A stretch of 63,565 bases of DNA, the filler included. It is 3 parts of 3 records of this genome, joined end to end, with 100 filler letters (N's around TTAATTAATTAA, not from the genome) between each part and the next. Parts side by side here need not be neighbours in the genome. Positions count along the whole stretch, not along the records: positions 18,124 to 47,905 come from SRR2962707_894; positions 48,006 to 63,565 come from SRR2962707_895; 1 more part is not named here. One strand, written 5' to 3'. The notes under the pieces were generated by a model. It did no database searches and was not told the DNA's origin. It was given only the letters and a program-made list of their open reading frames with translations. A program made the translations under genes and the position numbers. Positions 39,983 to 49,437 of the stretch are shown here, piece by piece. The number at the start of each line of letters is the position of its first letter. Position 1 is the first letter of the stretch.

Positions 39983-40780
39983 CTAATCCACGGCCAACAC
40001 TTGTTGCATCGCATCATATAATGATGGCGCACAAACCAATAACGAATCACCGTTAATCTCCAATGGCCAGGCAGATTCAACCTCATCATAGCGCCCTAAG
40101 ACAGCGCCTGCCTCTACAGCAATCAAGGCTCCTGCCGCCATATCCCATGGTTTTACGGATTCATAATAAGCCTGTAATCGCCCTGCCGCGACCCAACATA
40201 GATCCAATGCTGCGGACCCATTACGTCGCACATCCTGACATTGATGTAATACATTTGAAACCCGTTTAATCAGCTTTTCGAGCGCATTTTTTTGGTAGGG
40301 AAACCCAGTGGCCACTAACGCATTGCGTAAGCTAACCCCATCGGCAACCCACAAACGTTCACCGTTCAAATACGCACCTTGACCTTTAATGGCCCAGTAA
40401 CATTCGTCTAGGAAAGGAGCATACACGACCCCTAACAAGCGCTGACCGTCAACGTATAAACCAATAGACACAGCAACATGACGATGATGGTGCGCAAAAT
40501 TCACCGTGCCATCAATAGGGTCTATCACCCATGTCGGCACAGCATCCAAAGACAAATTAGGAGAAGACTCTTCTGAAAGAATACGATGATCAGGATAGGC
40601 TGCGATAATTTCTTGGCATAAATAATGATCGATCGCCAAATCGGTTGATGTCACCAACTCATGATCCGCTTTGTAATCGGCAGAAAAACCTTTCTTCTCC
40701 CTCGCCTCCACCATGATAGTGCCAGCGTGGGAGGCAATCCGTTTAGCGAATGCCAACAACTTGTCTGTGTTCAGCGTCAT
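39983..40780 (-). CDS. Inositol monophosphatase family protein
   Basis: WVIDPIDGTVNF, RRNGSAALDL, KPWDMAAG. Confidence 0.92.
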   Translation of the reverse strand: MTLNTDKLLAFAKRIASHAGTIMVEAREKKGFSADYKADHELVTSTDLAIDHYLCQEIIAAYPDHRILSEESSPNLSLDAVPTWVIDPIDGTVNFAHHHRHVAVSIGLYVDGQRLLGVVYAPFLDECYWAIKGQGAYLNGERLWVADGVSLRNALVATGFPYQKNALEKLIKRVSNVLHQCQDVRRNGSAALDLCWVAAGRLQAYYESVKPWDMAAGALIAVEAGAVLGRYDEVESAWPLEINGDSLLVCAPSLYDAMQQVLAVD

Positions 40781-40809
40781 CTTGCTCTCCTTTTGTTAAC
40801 CCAACCAAC

Positions 40810-41478
40810 TCAAGCTAAACGAGCGTGCAACCATGCAGAAATATCAGCAATCTGTTCCGGACAAACAGAATGAGGCATCTCATAGGTTTTATACTCAACA
40901 TTAAACCCTTGATCCGTTAACGCTTTTTTCGCGTCCAATGCCAAGCTAGGGGCCACCACAGGATCTTGAGATCCATGATGAATCAAGAAAGGAGTTGTAC
41001 CATTGTGGCTGCCCGCCGCCGCAGGGACATCAGATTTATTCGCCAGGTAAGTAGATAATGCCATCACTCCTGCCAGTGTATGCTCGGTGGTTAACGCTAG
41101 CTGATAAGCAATCACGCCGCCTTGTGAAAAACCGGCCAGAATAATACGAGAAGCATCAATTCCCGATGCGATTTGCGCTTCGATTAAAGCACTGATTTGC
41201 TGGCAAGATTCTTCAATATTCAACATATCTACTTTGCGTTCAAGCGTCATTTCATAAATATCATACCAAGCTCGCATCACCATACCGCCATTGACCGTCA
41301 CTGGGCGCTGCGGTGCATGGGGAAAAACAAAACGCCACTTTTGATCAGGGCGAATTTTTAATGCCGGTACTATGGATTCAAAATCATGCCCATCTGATCC
41401 TAATCCATGCAGCCAGATAATCGCTGCATCCGCTGTTTCTGCCGTCTCTACTAATACACAAGGCAACAAATCTGTCAT
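40810..41478 (-). CDS. Carboxylesterase/phospholipase (EstB type)
   Basis: WLHGLG, MRAWYDI, GFSQGG, HGSQDPVV. Confidence 0.92.
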   Translation of the reverse strand: MTDLLPCVLVETAETADAAIIWLHGLGSDGHDFESIVPALKIRPDQKWRFVFPHAPQRPVTVNGGMVMRAWYDIYEMTLERKVDMLNIEESCQQISALIEAQIASGIDASRIILAGFSQGGVIAYQLALTTEHTLAGVMALSTYLANKSDVPAAAGSHNGTTPFLIHHGSQDPVVAPSLALDAKKALTDQGFNVEYKTYEMPHSVCPEQIADISAWLHARLA

Positions 41479-41665
41479 TCTTTACTCCAATAAATACAGG
41501 CCCAAACAGTACAGGCAAAAAATAGGCTATAAGGTTAAAAAAAAGCGAACGAGCAGTCTAAACTCGTTCACTTCTTTTTTTAAGCAATGGCCTATTATAT
41601 CGACAAATATTTATTGTAGATAACTCTTTACTATGACAACTCGACGAGATTAACCCGCCACAGCG

Positions 41666-42646
41666 TTAATGCTCGGTTGGAAAACGCAAGCCCGTCACCT
41701 CTTGCTGATGATTAAGGCGAAACACAACATCAGATCGTTCAGACATGGTAGCCATAAGGTGGCGAGTAAGACGTTCGTAATATTGCATAAAACCTTTCAG
41801 CGCTTCTGGCGACATCACTTTGATATCAAGCGTGTCTAATACACCACCATGAATATCATGCAGATGCGCCTCCAGCATGCGCTCTTGTTTATTACGCCAT
41901 TGATAAACAACATCATAGTCTGGCGCTTCCATCCACATCATAATGCCGATATTCGCGAACAAGTCTTTATAGCCTTCTTGTAAGTGCTGATTAATAAGAC
42001 TTCGCCACACCCCATCTTGATCTTTGTCTTTTTCCAAACGGTTCATTGGTTGATCCAGTCCATCTCCTAACGCCGATGCGCCAACACACCAGCCTTCAAG
42101 AAAGATAACGTCCACTGGACCTTGTACTTCACTCCACAAATGCACCGGTTTTCTATCGTCTAGGGATTTATCAAACGCTGGTAGCTTCATGATTTCGCCA
42201 TCTTTCAGCGTTCGTAACCGCTCAAAAAGCATCAAGGCCATATCAATATCATGAGTACCAGGCACTCCTCGCGTAGCAAATAGAGGGTGCATGGTCTGCG
42301 CATAATGAAGCCGATCTTTGCGCGTTCTGTATAAGTCATCCAAACTGACCACAATACTCTTTATGTCAAAGCCTTTACAAAGCACACGGCTCACGACCCG
42401 ACTAAAGGTCGTTTTGCCTGACCCCTGCGGCCCGCCAAGACCCACCACTAACGGGCCATTGGCCGACTTCACTTTACTGCTTAACCAAGTTGAGAAAGGT
42501 AAGTACAAAGCACCTAATTGATCTACTAACGCATCGCTGGCGTACAAACTTTTTAGAGTTTGCTCAACCTCAAAGCGTAAACGCCCCGCTAACGAGTCTG
42601 GCACCTCATGCTTCCAGCCATTTAATAATTTGGGATTTCTATTCAT
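41666..42646 (-). CDS. P-loop kinase, GLYK-type (D-glycerate 3-kinase-like)
   Basis: GPQGSGKTT, SLDDLY, TRGVPGTHD, EGWCVG; GGAGG SD at 42646. Confidence 0.75.
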   Translation of the reverse strand: MNRNPKLLNGWKHEVPDSLAGRLRFEVEQTLKSLYASDALVDQLGALYLPFSTWLSSKVKSANGPLVVGLGGPQGSGKTTFSRVVSRVLCKGFDIKSIVVSLDDLYRTRKDRLHYAQTMHPLFATRGVPGTHDIDMALMLFERLRTLKDGEIMKLPAFDKSLDDRKPVHLWSEVQGPVDVIFLEGWCVGASALGDGLDQPMNRLEKDKDQDGVWRSLINQHLQEGYKDLFANIGIMMWMEAPDYDVVYQWRNKQERMLEAHLHDIHGGVLDTLDIKVMSPEALKGFMQYYERLTRHLMATMSERSDVVFRLNHQQEVTGLRFPTEH

Positions 42647-42714
42647 AAGACAGTACCTCCGCATTACTTCAGTAACTATAGCAGCAAGATAACAATGCGG
42701 TTATTTTTTAAGCA

Positions 42715-43782
42715 CTACTCAAACATCATATCAAGCTGCCGGGGCGCGGGAGCGGACAAACGATAGCCCACTCCAATCAGCCGCACTGGACGAGATTGCC
42801 TTTGGTAGGCACGCGTTAACAAAGCAACAAAGACCTCTTTCGAAAACCTACTTTGAATCGCTTGCTCTATCGTTGTTTGCTTAAAATCGTTAAATTTCAA
42901 TTTGAGGTAATACTTGCTCACTTGGGCATCAAAACCACGACCAGCCATGCGCTGATCGAGACTCGCGAGCAACTCAGGCAATTGCGCCAAACACGACTCC
43001 AAGGATTGCAGATCTTCGGCAAACGTATGTTCCACAGACACACTCTTCCTCTCACGGGAAGTTTGCACAGGCCGATGATCAATACCAAGGGCATATTGAG
43101 ACAAGCGAAAAGCCATGCTGCCAAAGTTTTTTTGCAAAATAGAGAAATCGACTTTCTGCAGGTCTGAGCAAACAAACACCCCTAACGCCGCAAGCCGCTC
43201 TTGAGAGACCTTGCCAATACCTGAAATGCACTTAACCGGTAATTGCGAGACAAATTCAAACTGTTGGTCTGGGGGAATAGTGGTTAGGCCGTCTGGCTTT
43301 TGCCAATCACTGGCGACTTTTGCAATGAATTTGTTGGTCGCCACGCCAGCGGATACAGTGATACCAATTTGCGCCAAAACTTGCTGGCGAATTTGCTCAG
43401 CGATTCTCGTCGCACTGCCTTGGCAGGCGTCAGAATCCGTCACATCAAGGTAGGCTTCATCCAAAGAAAGCGGCTCAATAATGTCTGTGTACTGGCGAAA
43501 AATGGCATGCATTTGCCGCGAGGCAAGGCGATATTTTTCCATGTTCCCAGGCACGACTATTAAAGCCGGGCACAATCGCTTTGCCACCGCCGTTGGCATT
43601 GCAGAGCGAACACCGAAAGAGCGCGCGATATAGTTAGCGGTACTTAATACGCCTCTGGTTTGGGAGGAACCACCAATCGCCAATGGCACTTGGCATAAGC
43701 TAGGATCATCGCGCATTTCAATGGCGGCATAAAAGCAATCGGCATCAATGTGAATAATTTTACGTGGGTTAGACATAGTCAC
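42715..43782 (-). CDS. dinB: DNA polymerase IV
   Basis: HIDADCFYA, SLDEAYLD, AKVASDWQKP; upstream SOS box. Confidence 0.96.
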   Translation of the reverse strand: MTMSNPRKIIHIDADCFYAAIEMRDDPSLCQVPLAIGGSSQTRGVLSTANYIARSFGVRSAMPTAVAKRLCPALIVVPGNMEKYRLASRQMHAIFRQYTDIIEPLSLDEAYLDVTDSDACQGSATRIAEQIRQQVLAQIGITVSAGVATNKFIAKVASDWQKPDGLTTIPPDQQFEFVSQLPVKCISGIGKVSQERLAALGVFVCSDLQKVDFSILQKNFGSMAFRLSQYALGIDHRPVQTSRERKSVSVEHTFAEDLQSLESCLAQLPELLASLDQRMAGRGFDAQVSKYYLKLKFNDFKQTTIEQAIQSRFSKEVFVALLTRAYQRQSRPVRLIGVGYRLSAPAPRQLDMMFE

Positions 43783-43795
43783 GCTCAGGAAAACA

Positions 43796-43811
43796 CTGTA
43801 TATAAAAACAG
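43796..43811. promoter_or_regulatory. LexA (SOS) box
   Basis: CTGTATATAAAAACAG (CTG-N10-CAG) directly upstream of dinB. Confidence 0.9.
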
Positions 43812-44110
43812 TCTACACACTTAGCAAAGCAAAACAACCTAGCGCAATCGAGCCATTGTGCTACCACACCGCTTAAGGTAAAAAAGAAAAAACCAAGAGA
43901 AAGTATAGATTTCCCAAAAGAACAGCAGAAATTTGCTTATTTACACCAGCAAACATGGACGCTAACAAGCAAAATAGTTTACATTTTGCATCGTATAAAA
44001 TGCATCAAAGCAAGCCGTGGCCTGCTTCTTGCTTCTTTACACCATTAAATGCACTTTTATACCGTAGAATTATCATGATTTTTTATATAAAACACGACAG
44101 GGACACCATT

Positions 44111-44728
44111 ATGACATCAGGTTTTAAATTATTTTCCATCGCCATAATGAGTATAGCGCTTGCGGGTTGTCAGAATTTATTCCAAAGAACAGGCGAAGAG
44201 TGCAACACAGTTGGACCTTGTAACGGCAACACAGTCGACGTTGGTAATAACGGCCTGATCAACACCAACACGCAAAGCCAAGTTCGCCGCGTCGTGAAGC
44301 AACCCCCAATTATTGTTAACGCAACCGGTTATGCTGCGGTAAGCACCAGTAAACGTTTTTCTAAGTCTCAGGCTCGCCTTATGGCGCTGCGCAGCTCCAC
44401 TCTTGATGCTTACCGAAACCTTTCTGAACGTGTCTACGGTTTGAAATTAGACGGTTCAAGCTCCTTGAATAATATGGTGCTACAACACGACGAATTGCGT
44501 TCTTACATCGACTCCTACCTTGTAGGCGCTAAGGTCGTGTCTCAGCGTGAACACGAAGATGGCACCTTTGAAACAGTGGTTGAAATGGCATTACAGGAAA
44601 ATTTCCGCGAATGCGTTAGCTCGCCAAGCAATATTGCCAATAACCCACAATGTCAGACACACCAAAATTACAAAACAGTGAACGCCTCTCGCTCGAATTC
44701 CACTGCTAATTTCTATACGATTGAATAA
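44111..44728 (+). CDS. flgP: Flagellar lipoprotein FlgP (LPP20 family)
   Basis: Lipobox ALAGC; ATGYA, LDAYRNLSERVYG; upstream of flgT. Confidence 0.78.
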   Translation: MTSGFKLFSIAIMSIALAGCQNLFQRTGEECNTVGPCNGNTVDVGNNGLINTNTQSQVRRVVKQPPIIVNATGYAAVSTSKRFSKSQARLMALRSSTLDAYRNLSERVYGLKLDGSSSLNNMVLQHDELRSYIDSYLVGAKVVSQREHEDGTFETVVEMALQENFRECVSSPSNIANNPQCQTHQNYKTVNASRSNSTANFYTIE

Positions 44729-45918
44729 TGTCTTTCACACGTAAGTATTGTCTGTTTATCGCGCTCTCGGTGCTGTCCATCGCACCCAGCTTTGCGCAAT
44801 CGGTTACCGCAACCGGGAAGGCCATTGTCTATAATGACGATGTAGACGATGCACGCTATCGAGCAACGCAACAAGCAATCAAACAAGCCGTTCTGCAATC
44901 CAGCTCTAGAGTGAGCGTGAATGATCGACTAAAAAATGGCGATTTGGATTCCGACATACAAATTCGCAGTGCTGGACGCGTTCAACAAGCTAAAATCCTC
45001 CATGAAGAGCGCAAAGGTGACTTTCTTACGGTTGTCGCTCGCGTCAATGTCACACCCGATTCTCAGTGCGGCAATGGAGCGACCAACTTCTATCAAAAAT
45101 CCGTCGGCGTGACGGGCTTTAAACTTCAAGACCCAGAGCAAGCCAGCTTAGGGCGACTCAATAATATTTCTAGGGAGCTTCCTAGAGATCTAGCCAATGC
45201 GATCAACAAACAAGGCTTTCTTCGGGCTTTGAACGCAACCAATGTCGCCATTTACCCAGATCTTATTAATGCACCATCGGCGATCAACGACGAAGGCGCG
45301 TTAAGCAATGTCACTCGTATCGGCCAGCAGCTGGGCGTACAATATATTATCAGCGGCGTCATTCGTGACATTAGCCCGCTGTATTTAAGAACACCCGATA
45401 GTCCCTCTGACAATCAAGAGGATGGTATCCAAAAAGAACGAAACTTCGTCCTAGATCTATACATCTATGACAGTTTCAGCGGCGCACTCTTTTTCCAAAA
45501 ACGCTACAGCGAAATTGGTGAGTGGGACATCGCAGACAATGCACGTGTAGGCTTTGGCAGTGCCAAGTTCTGGACGGTTCATTACGGTAAAGTGGTCCGA
45601 GAGATCTTAAGAGAAAGTGCGATTGATACCAGTGAGAAACTACGCTGCCAACCTTTTATTGCCAGCATATTCCGCACCGAAGGCAACCGCGTTCATATTT
45701 CTGCCGGCTCTTTATCTGGAATTAAACAAGGCGATAAACTAAGCGTCTATCGTCGCTTTGAAATCCACAATCAAAACCAAACAGCGCAGACACAACTGAA
45801 TAATGCCAATATCAATGTTACTATCAAGCAAGTGCAACCCAACTTTTCCATTGGTGAGCTTGCCGTTGACGCTCAGATATTAAATGTTCAGCAACAAGAT
45901 GTTGTGATTGCTTGGTAA
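44728..45918 (+). CDS. flgT: Flagellar assembly protein FlgT
   Basis: ATGKA..ARYRATQQA, QYIISGVIRD, FWTVHYG, CQPF. Confidence 0.82.
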   Translation: MSFTRKYCLFIALSVLSIAPSFAQSVTATGKAIVYNDDVDDARYRATQQAIKQAVLQSSSRVSVNDRLKNGDLDSDIQIRSAGRVQQAKILHEERKGDFLTVVARVNVTPDSQCGNGATNFYQKSVGVTGFKLQDPEQASLGRLNNISRELPRDLANAINKQGFLRALNATNVAIYPDLINAPSAINDEGALSNVTRIGQQLGVQYIISGVIRDISPLYLRTPDSPSDNQEDGIQKERNFVLDLYIYDSFSGALFFQKRYSEIGEWDIADNARVGFGSAKFWTVHYGKVVREILRESAIDTSEKLRCQPFIASIFRTEGNRVHISAGSLSGIKQGDKLSVYRRFEIHNQNQTAQTQLNNANINVTIKQVQPNFSIGELAVDAQILNVQQQDVVIAW

Positions 45919-45974
45919 TTTTCACACTAACGCTATTTTTATAAAGCGATTTTATATACTTTAGGATAAACACA

Positions 45975-46205
45975 ATGAACAACGAATTACTTCACCACCT
46001 AGAACAACGCATTAACGAAGCTGTTGAAGAAATCTCTTCTCTACGTCAGAAAATTTCTGAACTAGAAATGCAGAATTACGAGCTAAGCGAAGGCAAAAGT
46101 GAATTAGAAACCATGCTAACTCAAAAATCTGAACAGCAATCAAACTGGGAATCATCTTTATCTGAGATGCTAAACCGTCTTAACCAATTGGATAATAAAC
46201 AATGA
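45975..46205 (+). CDS. zapB: ZapB-like coiled-coil protein
   Basis: ELLHHLEQRINEAVEEI..WESSLSEML. Confidence 0.65.
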   Translation: MNNELLHHLEQRINEAVEEISSLRQKISELEMQNYELSEGKSELETMLTQKSEQQSNWESSLSEMLNRLNQLDNKQ

Positions 46206-46678
46206 GATCTTTACTCTTTGCCACTTTAGTTTTCTTCTGCGGAAGCGCAATTGCTGAAGAAGGACAAGTTGCAAGCTTATTGAGCTTTGAAGCAACGGCC
46301 GCTCGTCCTTCAACAGACAATGATACCGGCAGCACAACCTCTATTCTGAGAACCATGATGGAATTCACAACACCATCTAACTTCTCTATGTACGGTGGTT
46401 TTGCTTTTTCATTGGGTGATGACCCTGAAAGTGCGATTGCTTTAGGTGGCCGCTACTACAGCGCCACCCCTGCATTCCAAATAATACCAGGCTCTCCAAT
46501 GTGGTCTTATATTGGCCTTGGTGTCGACTTTTTTGACGACAATGTTTATTACCCAGAAGCAGGGTTTCGCATTGCAACATCGAATACAAGTCGATTGGAT
46601 GTCTTTGTAAAACTGTTAAACAGTAGCAGCGCCAAATACGATCAACACGTGATGGTCGGAGCTGGACTTACTTTCTAA
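46202..46678 (+). CDS. Small outer-membrane beta-barrel protein
   Basis: Signal peptide, amphipathic strands, ends VGAGLTF. Confidence 0.65.
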   Translation: MRSLLFATLVFFCGSAIAEEGQVASLLSFEATAARPSTDNDTGSTTSILRTMMEFTTPSNFSMYGGFAFSLGDDPESAIALGGRYYSATPAFQIIPGSPMWSYIGLGVDFFDDNVYYPEAGFRIATSNTSRLDVFVKLLNSSSAKYDQHVMVGAGLTF

Positions 46679-46860
46679 GCAATATGAAATTAATGTCTAG
46701 CTTATTTATCTGCTTATTGGCTGCCTCTGCTTTCATATGGCATAAAAGTAATCCGACTATCTCGGTCGTTCAGCCGAATGATACTCAACGGCAAGAAATG
46801 ATTGGAGTGAAAAACACCCCAAGCATTCCATTAACACCGTTATAGAATTGAGCCTTGCGT

Positions 46861-47823
46861 ATGGAACAATTAATCGCCAAACTCGAAGCTGAGGTCGACC
46901 AGCTTATCGAAAAGCTAAAAGCCGCCAACGAGGAAATCGCACAACTGAAAACGGAGAATGCAAATTCACCTGACAGCAGTAGCGCCTCAATGGATCTTTT
47001 ACAGAACATGGTATCGCGTTCGACTGAAGATCAATTACAATTGTATATTGAAGACTCTTTAGATCTTCTCGTACCGGCTGACACAATAAATACCCCAGCA
47101 CCGAAAAGCGAAGTGGAAAATCAACTGAGCTTTGACTTGCTGAACTCTCTTGCTGAAACCAGCATCACAACCACGACAACAGAACAGACTGATTACATGA
47201 CAATACAACAACCAGAGCTTAACGGCTTGCCAGAAGTACAAGACGAAATCCAAGTGGAAACCACCACAAACGATGTACAACCAGCAAGTGAAAGCACGCA
47301 AGAAGCAGCGACACTGACGCCAGAGCAAAAGAAGCGCCAGAAGAATCAAAAAAATAACCGCCGCCTAATTAAGATGCTAGAAGACCGTTATCCAAAAGCG
47401 TTTGATTGGAACCAGCCTAAACCTCTGAAGGTCGGTATCGATAAAGACATGGTTCTTGATGATGACTTCAATGCCAGCAAGCAGAAACGCGCCCTAGCCG
47501 CTTACACTCGCTCTGACAGGTACAAAAAATGCCTATTGTCAGGACAACCTCGCATTGACCTTGAAGGCACCCCTGTTAACAACGAGCCAGCATTGCCTGA
47601 GTCGATGATTCCTAAAAAGGAAAAAACCACCTTTAATCGTCCTAAGAGCGACAGAACACCACGTTCAAAGGCAAAAGCGCCAGCCAGCAAAAAAACCGCT
47701 AGCAAGCCGAACAACAAGCCTAAAAATGCACCTAGCCCACAAAAACGCCAGGATGACGCATACGATAATCTGTCTCCTGAAGAGCGTATGAAGGCAAAAC
47801 TTGAAAAACTTCTTAATAAATAA
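46861..47823 (+). CDS. ProQ/FinO-domain protein with N-terminal coiled coil
   Basis: YPKAF..PKPLKVGIDKD, ALAAYTRSDRY, RIDLEG. Confidence 0.8.
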   Translation: MEQLIAKLEAEVDQLIEKLKAANEEIAQLKTENANSPDSSSASMDLLQNMVSRSTEDQLQLYIEDSLDLLVPADTINTPAPKSEVENQLSFDLLNSLAETSITTTTTEQTDYMTIQQPELNGLPEVQDEIQVETTTNDVQPASESTQEAATLTPEQKKRQKNQKNNRRLIKMLEDRYPKAFDWNQPKPLKVGIDKDMVLDDDFNASKQKRALAAYTRSDRYKKCLLSGQPRIDLEGTPVNNEPALPESMIPKKEKTTFNRPKSDRTPRSKAKAPASKKTASKPNNKPKNAPSPQKRQDDAYDNLSPEERMKAKLEKLLNK

Positions 47824-47833
47824 GAAAAAAGTG

Positions 47834-47871
47834 TTTACACGATGATGCGCGGCATATAATATATGCCGCGC
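47834..47871 (+). promoter_or_regulatory. Stable-RNA promoter of tRNA-Tyr
   Basis: TTTACA -35, TATAAT/TAATAT -10, GC-rich discriminator. Confidence 0.65.
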
Positions 47872-47877
47872 TGCTGT

Positions 47878-47905
47878 GGAGGGGTTCCCGAGTGGCCAAA
47901 GGGAG
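47878..47905 (+). tRNA. tRNA-Tyr, 5' fragment truncated by contig end
   Basis: GGAGGGGTTCCCGAGTGGCCAAAGGGAG is the acceptor stem and D-arm typical of tRNA-Tyr; anticodon not visible. Confidence 0.8.
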
Positions 47906-48005
47906 NNNNNNNNNNNNNNNNNNNNNNNNNNNNNNNNNNNNNNNNNNNNTTAATTAATTAANNNNNNNNNNNNNNNNNNNNNNNNNNNNNNNNNNNNNNN
48001 NNNNN
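47906..48005. other. Artificial contig spacer
   Basis: N-run with TTAATTAATTAA at 47950-47961. Confidence 0.97.
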
Positions 48006-48050
48006 TTTGAATTCCCGAAGATCGTCTGTGGTAATGATACTTGTTGGCAT
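48006..48050 (-). CDS. Excisionase-like HTH protein, N-terminal fragment
   Basis: Translates MPTSIITTDDLREFK, a typical N-terminus of Bacteroidota ICE HTH_17 proteins; downstream of rteC. Confidence 0.7.
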
Positions 48051-48173
48051 AATAGAACGGTTTTAAAAGAAAGAGGCTACCAAATTGCTTTAAGCTAATT
48101 TGATAGCCCCTCGCAGGATTTGACTTTCGTTCTACAAATTTGGATATGTTTATTGGATTTTATTCCCCATTAC

Positions 48174-48326
48174 GACCGTAGTACGGTCAAAATTTAACAT
48201 ATTGAAATTTGATTGATTATGGTGGTTTTTGAGGCCTGTTTGAGGAAGACAATAGATTAAAAGATGCCAAATTAAATGGAGAATCTTAAAAAAGTAGAAT
48301 TTCGGTAGGTCGTCCGTAGTACGGTC
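48174..48326. promoter_or_regulatory. Two copies of palindrome G(A/T)CCGTAGTACGGTC (candidate RteC sites)
   Basis: 48174-48188 gaccgtagtacggtc and 48312-48326 gtccgtagtacggtc. Confidence 0.6.
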
Positions 48327-48360
48327 TTATTTTAACAGACTCTGAAAAGATGTGGAAAGG

Positions 48361-49194
48361 TTATTCTTCGCTCTTGTCCATCCCAAAAAGAAGAGAGGTC
48401 GCCATTTTGTCAAGAAATATAGTCCTGCTGTGTTTCCGGTTCTTCATATCCCCGAAGCTTTTATATATATCTGTGGATTCCCGATCAAATATTTCCTGAA
48501 GCTTTTGCGACACCTGAATGATGCTCAGACCTTTTTGCCTCAGACCGGTAAACCATAGAGCATAAATTAATTCCGCCCAATCCATATTCGAAAAAGGCCA
48601 GGGAATTTTTTCCGTAGGAGTATCATAAAGTGTTTTTCCGTTGGAATTGTTTTTAATACAGGACATTCGCTTATCCAAATAAACAACTAGGGAATTATAC
48701 GCTTTAAATCTACCTAAAAGCATATCTCTTGGTGTAGAAAAATCAGGATCTTGAAAATAGAAATTTGAAGTGGTTATATAGTAGGTGTCGAGATATTTCC
48801 GGGTGTAATATTCTTTATCAAAATGAGTAGCGTTAGAGTTGATATATTGCCCGAAATCAATGTTATACAGGAAGAATCGGTTAAGCCTTTTAATTTTCTT
48901 TTTTATGAATTTTAATTGGGCTTTTTTATCGGCTTTCGGAAACTGAATTTCTAAAGAGTGGATTTCTGAGAAGTAAATAAGCTGTACAAGGGGGACTTGT
49001 TTGATATTTTTGAAGAAATCTATTTCTTCTTCCTGAGAGTTAAGGCCATGTAATATTATTTCTTTTTTGAGCTTATGTAGTAAGTTGCGGCATAATTCAA
49101 TGGAATGATAGGCCCTGCTCAAAATATTTTCATTTTGGAGCTTCAATTCATGCAATTTCTGAATGAGTATTTCCGATTCCAACTGTAAATCCAT
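48361..49194 (-). CDS. rteC: RteC-domain transcriptional regulator
   Basis: EEEIDFFKNIK, LIYFSEI, W..S.MDWAELIYAL, KNRKHSRTIFLD. Confidence 0.88.
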   Translation of the reverse strand: MDLQLESEILIQKLHELKLQNENILSRAYHSIELCRNLLHKLKKEIILHGLNSQEEEIDFFKNIKQVPLVQLIYFSEIHSLEIQFPKADKKAQLKFIKKKIKRLNRFFLYNIDFGQYINSNATHFDKEYYTRKYLDTYYITTSNFYFQDPDFSTPRDMLLGRFKAYNSLVVYLDKRMSCIKNNSNGKTLYDTPTEKIPWPFSNMDWAELIYALWFTGLRQKGLSIIQVSQKLQEIFDRESTDIYKSFGDMKNRKHSRTIFLDKMATSLLFGMDKSEE

Positions 49195-49320
49195 TACCAA
49201 TCATTTTACAGGTTATTTTTTGAAAAAGTACCATTTCAGGCATGTACAGCTTAGAAAAGCAAAAGCGGCAGCCTTACTTCTAAGGTAATTTCACCAATAC
49301 AGAATTCTTGAAATATATTG

Positions 49321-49355
49321 CGTATTTAGCTACGAAAAGTCCGTATTTATGTACG
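49321..49355. promoter_or_regulatory. Tandem CGTA-N6-TACG boxes upstream of rteC (candidate LuxR sites)
   Basis: cgtatttagctacg and cgtatttatgtacg, 21 bp apart. Confidence 0.55.
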
Positions 49356-49437
49356 GAACATAAGGAGGGAATACTTTAATTGAGGTTTTTATCGCTACTT
49401 TGTTATCAGAGTTTAGAAAAAACCGGGTTGTTGTATA

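Noticed and set aside
47878-48050. ICE integrated at tRNA-Tyr
   Set aside because: The tRNA and the ICE genes are on different contigs from different phyla; the adjacency is artificial.
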